From Longimicrobiales bacterium (GTDB lineage: Bacteria > Gemmatimonadota > Gemmatimonadetes > Longimicrobiales > Gaopeijiaceae), in NCBI GenBank assembly GCA_965203485.1, contig OZ241892.1, positions 1,920,001 through 1,984,000 of the forward strand: a stretch of 64,000 nucleotides of DNA, in the 5' to 3' direction. Shown here piece by piece: positions 57,776 to 64,000 of this stretch. Numbering within the stretch: the first letter of the stretch is position 1; the number at the start of each line of letters is the position of its first letter. The position numbers and the translations under genes are program-made. Below the pieces are notes generated by a model, which did not search any database, had not been told where the DNA came from, and worked only from the letters and a program-made list of their open reading frames with translations.

Positions 57776-58258
57776 CTAGCCTGTTTGCGGTCTTCGCTTT
57801 GGAGCGGCTTCCCCCTCCGTCCGTCGCCGTACGACGGCCTCCACTTCGTTGGCCGCTTGTTGCGGGTCGCGGCGTACATCCGATTCCCACATTCGAACGA
57901 CGATCCAGCCGGCGGCCTGCAACGTTGCCGTGACGTCGTCGTCCCTCTGCATCCGTCTGCCGAACTTGGCAATCCAGTAGGCTCGATTCGGCGTCTTGAG
58001 CCGTCGCTGGAGGGCGGCTGGCCCCTTCTCGCGCAGAACGCGGGCATGCCAGTAGTCGCCGTCCACGAAGACCGTCACCCTGGCTCGCGGAAACACGATG
58101 TCGGGCTTGCCCACCAATCTCGGATCATTTTTCCTGAAGCGGAGCCCGCGCCGATGCAGCAACGAGCGCAACGCGACCTCCGCCTTTCCGCCCGTGCTGC
58201 GGATCGCCGACATGTTCCTGCGAACCTCTTCGCGAGACTTCGGCCTGTACTCGGTCAT
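57776..58258 (-). CDS. vsr: Very short patch repair endonuclease
   Basis: RNMSAIRS, GLRFR, GKPDIVF, FVDGDYWH, YWIAK, GWIVVRMWE. Confidence 0.93.
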   Translation of the reverse strand: MTEYRPKSREEVRRNMSAIRSTGGKAEVALRSLLHRRGLRFRKNDPRLVGKPDIVFPRARVTVFVDGDYWHARVLREKGPAALQRRLKTPNRAYWIAKFGRRMQRDDDVTATLQAAGWIVVRMWESDVRRDPQQAANEVEAVVRRRTEGEAAPKRRPQTG

Positions 58259-58267
58259 TCGCCGAAC

Positions 58268-59110
58268 TTACGCGACGAGGTCGAGAGGCAGGTCGGCGAT
58301 GTCCCTCAGCCGATTACCCTCGACCATGGTGGACAGCGTATCCCGCGCGTCGTTCCACTCGGAATCGTCAAGTGCGGCAAGCAATTCGTTGAGTGCAATG
58401 TGGTAGGTGCAGTCGATCTCCCCGGTGCCGATCGCGATGGAGGCCAACCGGCTGGGCAGGGGCTCGGCAGTAACCACTGCTATGTGAGGCGCTCTGCCCT
58501 TTCGGTTCCTAAGGAGATTGAGCGCCTCCGCTCGGGCGTTCTGGCTTCGATCGCTGCGAATGGTCCATTTGCAGGATATGCTGGCGTGCAAGGCATGCAC
58601 AGCGTTGTTGGTCAAACGCAAAGGAGACAGTCGAGCGGTTTCTTCGTCGACGATCGAGGCGCCCGCGTTGATGTCCTCGTCGGATTCCGGCGCGCGCGCG
58701 ACCACGATGTCGGGTCTGATGATGTAGTCTCCGCCCAAGGCCGCGGCCAGTTCCGCATTTTCGGAAGTTGCCTTTCGAAGGGCCGTCAAATGGGCGTACT
58801 GCTCAAATTCGGAAATGGCCGATCCCGGTGCGGTGCGCAACTTCCCCGGCCGAAAGTGTCGCATTGCTGGCAGAACATTCGAAAGAAAGTCAGCGACGCA
58901 GCGCTCGAAGTTCCTGCCTGCGGCCGAACCCGCCAGGCGCCGCCGGGGCGACGAAACGCCTGCCGCCTTGGCAAGGGCCGCACCGATGGCTACGCTGTGG
59001 CGGTTGCCGCTGTCCGAGTTGCTGGCGACGCCATCACGCATCGACCACAGCCCGGCTTGGAGGCGCTGATGAAAGTCCCGTCGTGCCGTTGCCAAGAAGG
59101 CGGACGTCAT
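58268..59110 (-). CDS. NgoMIV-family type II restriction endonuclease
   Basis: DYIIRPDIVV, LHASISCKWTIRSDRSQNARAEALNL.RNRKGR.PHI.VVTAEP.PSRLAS, DCTYH. Confidence 0.92.
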   Translation of the reverse strand: MTSAFLATARRDFHQRLQAGLWSMRDGVASNSDSGNRHSVAIGAALAKAAGVSSPRRRLAGSAAGRNFERCVADFLSNVLPAMRHFRPGKLRTAPGSAISEFEQYAHLTALRKATSENAELAAALGGDYIIRPDIVVARAPESDEDINAGASIVDEETARLSPLRLTNNAVHALHASISCKWTIRSDRSQNARAEALNLLRNRKGRAPHIAVVTAEPLPSRLASIAIGTGEIDCTYHIALNELLAALDDSEWNDARDTLSTMVEGNRLRDIADLPLDLVA

Positions 59111-60090
59111 GCCAACTGGTATTCGAGTTCATTCTGGGCGTCCACGATCGCCGACTGCCGACCTTCGAGTGCCTGGGCGATGGATCGGCCGACCGCGCTG
59201 GCCACCGGGGGCGGCAGGGCGTTGCCCACCTGCCGGTAGGCCGCTGTCTTGCCGCCCCGGAATTGCCACGAGTCGGGAAAGCCCTGAAGGCGGGCGGCCA
59301 TTCTGACGGTGAGCCGCGGCAACGACGCCCCGGGGAAGGACGGGCCGGGGGCCGACTCGGCTAGAGAGCGACCGTCCACGCCGAGCTTCCGCCACGCCGC
59401 CCGAGCCCGCGTGGGTCCCAGGTCCGCGCCGCCGTGCCTCTTGGAGCCGCCCACGAGCGTCGGGGCGATGCCGTTGGCCCGGGCGGCCCAAGCGCGGGCC
59501 TCGGGCCACCCGTTCTCGGCCATCAGATCCTCCAAGCTTTCTCCGACCGACATCCTCGAAGCGTTCGGCGGCGGCCACGCGAAGAAGGGCGCGCAGCGTT
59601 CCCGAAGAGCCACGAGCACGAACCTGGGACGCAACTGCGGGACGCCGAAGTCGCACGCGCTCAGCACCCGCCAATCGACGCGGTACCCGAGCGACTCCAG
59701 TCTGGACGCCAGCAACGCGCGGTAAGGCCGGAATCGCCGGGACGCGAACCCCGGAACGTTTTCCATGAAGACGGCCTTCGGTCCAGTCGCTTCGATCAAG
59801 CTCATCGCCACCGGAAAGAGATCGCGGTCGTCGGCGGCGCCCAGCTGCTTGCCCGCCACGGAAAAGGGAGGGCACGGAACGCCGCCGGCGAAGAGGTCGG
59901 CGCATGCGCGGCCGACGGGCTCCAAGTCGCGCACGTCAGCTTCGATCACGGGCCACTCCGCCCGATTGGCTCGCAACGTCTCGCAGGCGTGGAGGTCGTT
60001 GTCGACCAAGCCGACAGCCTCGAACCCAGCGGCCTCGAGACCCAAGGCCATGCCGCCGGCGCCCGCGCACACTTCGAACACGGTGGGCAC
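59107..60090 (-). CDS. C5-cytosine DNA methyltransferase (cognate of the NgoMIV-like REase)
   Basis: CAGAGG, GGVPCPPFS, ENV, QLRPR, TRD APTLVGGSKRHGGADLGPTR, YRQVGNA. Confidence 0.93.
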   Translation of the reverse strand: MPTVFEVCAGAGGMALGLEAAGFEAVGLVDNDLHACETLRANRAEWPVIEADVRDLEPVGRACADLFAGGVPCPPFSVAGKQLGAADDRDLFPVAMSLIEATGPKAVFMENVPGFASRRFRPYRALLASRLESLGYRVDWRVLSACDFGVPQLRPRFVLVALRERCAPFFAWPPPNASRMSVGESLEDLMAENGWPEARAWAARANGIAPTLVGGSKRHGGADLGPTRARAAWRKLGVDGRSLAESAPGPSFPGASLPRLTVRMAARLQGFPDSWQFRGGKTAAYRQVGNALPPPVASAVGRSIAQALEGRQSAIVDAQNELEYQLA

Positions 60091-60106
60091 GACGCGGCCT
60101 CTCCCT

Positions 60107-61582
60107 CTACCGAGTCTTGACCGAGAAGTTGCCGTGCACGCTCAGGCGGACTACGCGGCCGTCCGCGCCGCGATGGAAGACGTACGCCTCCCCGAGCTCG
60201 CCGTCGTCCCGCACGCGGCGAAAGACGTCGGCGTCCCCTGCCTCCTCTTGCTTCAGCTCGGCCAGGGCAGCGAGCGGATCGCCGGTGGGCAACCGCACCG
60301 CGGCCAACGCGCCGTCCCAGCGCAGGACGGCGGTTTCGCCCCAGTCGGACTCGTACAGTCCTTCGAAGTCCGCCAGGTCCTCCCGGCGAGGCGGAGCTCC
60401 GCCGGGATCGTCGCGAACAGCTTCGACCGCCGAGCCGAGCACCTTCGCCATCCGCGCCCACACTTGGTCCGGGCTCGTGCCCTGCGCGTTGATCATCACC
60501 ACGCCCGCGAGCCTGCGGTCGGGAAGGAGCTGCAACGTCGAACGGAATCCGGGACAGCTGCCGCCGTGGCCGACGGTGCGCTCTCCGTCCCGCTTCGACA
60601 CGGCGAAACCGAGTCCCCACATCGTCTCGAAGTCCGGATCCACCCAGTGGACGCGGTGCATCTGGCGCAACGTGCTGGCCGCGAGCACTTCGGCGCCGCC
60701 GTCCTCCAGCAACCGGAACTGCCAGGACGCGAAACGGGCCAAGTCCTCGACGGAAGAAGCGAAGCCGGCCGCGGGGGCGATCCCATGGGCCCGGAAGAAG
60801 GGCGCCCGCTTGCGCTCGCCGTCGCGCCGCAACCGCGCGTAGCCGGTGGCCAAGCGGCCGCCTTCGTGCTCGGCCGGGATGTCCGTGTAGGTGTCCGTCA
60901 TGCCGAGAGGATCGAGGATGCGGGTCCGCACGTATTCGTCGTAGCTCGTGCCGGACGCCCGCTCGACCAGCTGTCCGGCCAGCGCGATGCCCAGGTTCGA
61001 GTATTGGAAGTAGCGGCCGGCGGGATAGAGCGTCTCCTGCCCGGCCAGGCCGTCCACGACTTGCTCGCGCGTCGGAAACCGGTAGTCGGGTCCCGTCCAA
61101 TAGGGATGAGCCGATTCGCGCGGGAGACCGGACGAGTGCGTCAGCATCCCTTCGACGGTCACCGCCGCGCTCCCCGCATGGGCTTGCTCGACCGCGAACC
61201 AGGGCAGGTGGTCCGCCACGGCGTCGCTCAAGCGAAGCTTGTGCTCGTCGCGCTGCTGCATGACGCCGACGGCCGTGAACAGCTTCGATATCGAGCAGAT
61301 CGAGTACAGCGTGGACGGCATCGCCGGGACGCCGTCCTCCGGGTGCGCGTAGCCATAGCCCTTGGCCCACACGAGTTCCTGATCGTGCACGAGCCCCACG
61401 GACATGCCGGGTATCTTCTCGTAGGCCATCTTGGCGTCCAGCCACGCCTCGAACAGGGCTTCGGCCTCCACGAAGCGCGCGTCCGCGAGCATGTCGCCGG
61501 AAGGGACGTCTTGGGCCGCGCCCCCGGCCAAGGGCGCGAGCAGCGCCGCAACAACGAACGCAAGCCGGGATCTGTCGCTCAT
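60107..61582 (-). CDS. Secreted serine hydrolase (beta-lactamase/AmpC-like family)
   Basis: Signal peptide; SISK (SxxK), LTHSSG, YSN, GHGG; AAAGGAG RBS. True start is 61582, not 62401. Confidence 0.9.
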   Translation of the reverse strand: MSDRSRLAFVVAALLAPLAGGAAQDVPSGDMLADARFVEAEALFEAWLDAKMAYEKIPGMSVGLVHDQELVWAKGYGYAHPEDGVPAMPSTLYSICSISKLFTAVGVMQQRDEHKLRLSDAVADHLPWFAVEQAHAGSAAVTVEGMLTHSSGLPRESAHPYWTGPDYRFPTREQVVDGLAGQETLYPAGRYFQYSNLGIALAGQLVERASGTSYDEYVRTRILDPLGMTDTYTDIPAEHEGGRLATGYARLRRDGERKRAPFFRAHGIAPAAGFASSVEDLARFASWQFRLLEDGGAEVLAASTLRQMHRVHWVDPDFETMWGLGFAVSKRDGERTVGHGGSCPGFRSTLQLLPDRRLAGVVMINAQGTSPDQVWARMAKVLGSAVEAVRDDPGGAPPRREDLADFEGLYESDWGETAVLRWDGALAAVRLPTGDPLAALAELKQEEAGDADVFRRVRDDGELGEAYVFHRGADGRVVRLSVHGNFSVKTR

Positions 61583-61602
61583 CGGGTCTCCTTTGGTTCT
61601 CG

Positions 61603-63858
61603 CTAGAACCGGTACGTGTAGTTCACCTTCACGGCCGCGCCCTTGGAGATCGTGGCCAGGTCCGGGTCCCGCAGCAGGCGCTCGGCCAGGTTGCGCCAGT
61701 TGTGCGTGTAGACCAGGAACACGTCGGCGCCGGGGCGGAGTATCCAGCGGCAACGGGCGAAGAGTCCCAGGATTCCGCTGTCGTTGTCGTACTGGAGCTG
61801 GTTGGTGACGCTGATCCATTGGCTGGGGTTCCATTCCGCTTCGGCTTCGTAGACGTCCGCCGTGAAGTTGCCCCCCGGGAGTTCCACGTCGTTGTGCTCG
61901 AAGTCCAGCGCAACGCTGATGCCGGGATTCGGGCGAAACGTCAAGCCCACGTTCACCTGCGCGCGCCTGCCGTTCCAGAAACCGCCGCTGCCGAAACTCG
62001 CCGAGCCGGAAACGCGGCGTCTTCCGGCCGTTCGCCCTTCCACTTCCCATTCCCAGTTGGCGTAGCGGCCCGGCAGGATGGCGACCCCGTCGCTCACCTC
62101 GAATCCGTCGTCCAGAAACTCGGCGGTCCTCGTCGCCTGCACTTCCAGGTTGTCGCCGCTCTCGAAGTCGATGCCGAAGACGTCGAACTGCCACTGCCGC
62201 TCCTCGACGACACCCGTGCCGAGCTGCGCCAGGTTCCGGAACTGCACCGAAAAGTCGAAGCGCCGGATCCAGTCGATCCCGGACGGCCGCGGCGCCCAGC
62301 CGATGCGAGGCTCGACGCGGCGAAACCCGTTGCGCTGAACGAACCCAAGCGGCGGGTCGTAGTCGTCGCCGAACTCCCGGTAGGAGAGGTGAGCCGACCA
62401 CACGTCGTTCGGAAAGTTGAAGCGGAAGCCGCGGGCCGAGAGATCGCCGAAGGTGCGAGCGACGGACGGGTCGGGATTGGAGTTCCAGACCAGGAACGCC
62501 TCCATCTCGAACCGGTTGTCGCCGAAGAACCGGCGCGTGTTGAGCTGCAAGTCCGCGCCCGCGGTGTGCCCTGCTGGGACGGCCGTTGCCCCCGTCGCGG
62601 GCGCAACGGCTCGGCGCGTGTAGATGATGCCCACCGAGGACTGCTCCCAGATCGACCGCTTCGCGCGCAGTACCGTGAAGGACTCGCGGGGCACGCGGGT
62701 CAAGACGTCCGATGCTCCGCAGGCGTGCGCGCCGGTTCCAACTTGGTAGAACCCGAGTTCGAACCGCCCCGCCTGTCCCGTGAGCCGCGTGCCGTACTGA
62801 ATCGGGATGGGCTCGCCGTCGCGCAACCCGATTCGGCGCGAGAAGAAGGGAGATGGGCCGCTACGGGGCGCGAAGGAGAAGACGCCGGAGCCTTCCAGGA
62901 AGAACGCGCGCCGCTCCGGAAAGCGTTGCGGGAAGCGCGTGAGGTTGACGCGGCGCTGGTCGCTCTCGACCTCGGCGAAGTCGGTGTTGACGCTCGCGGA
63001 GAGCCGCAAGCTCGACGTCAAGCTGTAGCTCACGTCCAGGCTGAGGTCCCTGGGGAACGTGGTCGGGTCGGCGGCGCCGGGCACGTTCCGCCAGCTGGCC
63101 ACCGCCGACGGCCGCGCCTCCAGCCCAAGTCCCTGCGACATGCCCTCGAGGCCCGTGAGCCGCCCGGCGTAGACGGGACGCGTGAGCCCCTCGTTGCGCC
63201 GGTGCCCGCGCCACAGCACTTCTTCGTTTCGGCGCCGGATCGTGCGCTGGAAGTTTATGCCCCAAGTGTCGAGCTCGGGATTGAAGTTGAGGGTCCGGAA
63301 CGGAATTCGAATCTCTGCCGACCAGCCGTCGGCGCGGCGCGCGGTGCGGGCCTCCCAGATGCCGTCCCACGCCTTCCCGACGCCGAACCCGCCCCCGCCG
63401 CCGCCCCCGGAAATGATGCCGTCGCCCATGAGGCCGGCGGGGTTGATCTCGAAGAAGTAGCCCGTGCGCCCGTCCAGGAAGGTGTCGAGGATCCACATGA
63501 AGCGGTCGTCGGTTCCGAGTCCCGCGTCGCGCTGGCGCTGATAGGCCAGAATGCCGCCGGGATCGTCGTAGAAGATGGCGCCGATGTACAAGTTGTCCTC
63601 GTCGAACACGACCCGAATCTCCGTACGCTCGGAAGGGGGCGCGCCTTCGACGGGCTCCTGCTGCACGAAGTCGTCGACGGGGACCGCCCGGCGCCATGCC
63701 GCTTCGGCTATGTCTCCGTCCAGGTCGATGCGCTCGCCCCCGGCCAGCGGAAGCGCCGACACGGGCGGGGCCGAGGACGGGGCGCCGGACTGCCCTGCGG
63801 CGCGGGCCGACGGCAGGCATGCGGCCAGGGCCAGCGCGACGCCCGCTCCCAAGGCCAC
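61603..63858 (-). CDS. CBM9-like domain plus DUF5916-type outer-membrane barrel protein
   Basis: IDLDGDIAEAAW, LDTFLD, GWSAEIRIPF, NTDFAEVESD, NLTRF..FPERRAFFLE, FFSRRIG; C-terminal KVNYTYRF. Confidence 0.85.
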   Translation of the reverse strand: MALGAGVALALAACLPSARAAGQSGAPSSAPPVSALPLAGGERIDLDGDIAEAAWRRAVPVDDFVQQEPVEGAPPSERTEIRVVFDEDNLYIGAIFYDDPGGILAYQRQRDAGLGTDDRFMWILDTFLDGRTGYFFEINPAGLMGDGIISGGGGGGGFGVGKAWDGIWEARTARRADGWSAEIRIPFRTLNFNPELDTWGINFQRTIRRRNEEVLWRGHRRNEGLTRPVYAGRLTGLEGMSQGLGLEARPSAVASWRNVPGAADPTTFPRDLSLDVSYSLTSSLRLSASVNTDFAEVESDQRRVNLTRFPQRFPERRAFFLEGSGVFSFAPRSGPSPFFSRRIGLRDGEPIPIQYGTRLTGQAGRFELGFYQVGTGAHACGASDVLTRVPRESFTVLRAKRSIWEQSSVGIIYTRRAVAPATGATAVPAGHTAGADLQLNTRRFFGDNRFEMEAFLVWNSNPDPSVARTFGDLSARGFRFNFPNDVWSAHLSYREFGDDYDPPLGFVQRNGFRRVEPRIGWAPRPSGIDWIRRFDFSVQFRNLAQLGTGVVEERQWQFDVFGIDFESGDNLEVQATRTAEFLDDGFEVSDGVAILPGRYANWEWEVEGRTAGRRRVSGSASFGSGGFWNGRRAQVNVGLTFRPNPGISVALDFEHNDVELPGGNFTADVYEAEAEWNPSQWISVTNQLQYDNDSGILGLFARCRWILRPGADVFLVYTHNWRNLAERLLRDPDLATISKGAAVKVNYTYRF

Positions 63859-64000
63859 GACGGCATGGCCGCCCCGGGCGCTCCGCGAGCCCCGGGCACG
63901 GCCGGGCGCCGCGCGAATTCGAGACGGCGCCCGCCGGGGCGCGCCCGGCCGCCCCCTGCGCCCCGCACGCAGCAGGCGGGACCGGGAAGCTACTGGGCCG

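Noticed and set aside
60107..61582. Antibiotic-resistance beta-lactamase
   Set aside because: The motifs fit the broad serine hydrolase/peptidase family with an extra C-terminal domain; no specific evidence for resistance.
3403..63820. Many long antisense or alternate-frame ORFs (e.g. 3403-6828, 12577-15261, 37575-39776, 41692-43575)
   Set aside because: Expected in high-GC DNA where stop codons are scarce. They have no motifs and overlap well-supported genes.

Overview
High-GC bacterial chromosomal window. Gene content and style (alpha2-type GlyRS, PD40-amidohydrolases, many 6-bladed beta-propeller lipoproteins, CBM9/DUF5916 barrel) suggest Gemmatimonadota, possibly host-associated; this is an inference. 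Housekeeping genes (arginase, tRNA-Leu(TAA), nth, glyQS, nfuA, fpg/nei, dihydroorotase, gpmI, NSS/AGCS/TRAP transporters) are interleaved with accessory material. That material includes two type II restriction-modification cassettes (HTH-fused N4-type MTase with an Eco29kI-like GIY-YIG REase, and C5 MTase with an NgoMIV-like REase and Vsr), an MNT-HEPN module, an ISNCY/IS1202 relic, and several internally deleted or frameshifted pseudogenes. Best candidates for follow-up: (1) a five-gene aminolipid-like operon (OlsB-like GNAT, OlsA-like acyltransferase, DinB, NRDE/TANGO2, and an alpha/beta-hydrolase-DedA-ATP-grasp triple fusion); (2) an archaeal-style nurA-herA-sbcD(mre11)-sbcC(rad50) cluster; (3) a GPP34(GOLPH3-like)-cytochrome P450 fusion coupled to MNT-HEPN; (4) an unannotated ~258-nt rod-like structured RNA upstream of nth. 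All family calls come from motifs recognised by eye, without database searches, and several start codons are approximate.
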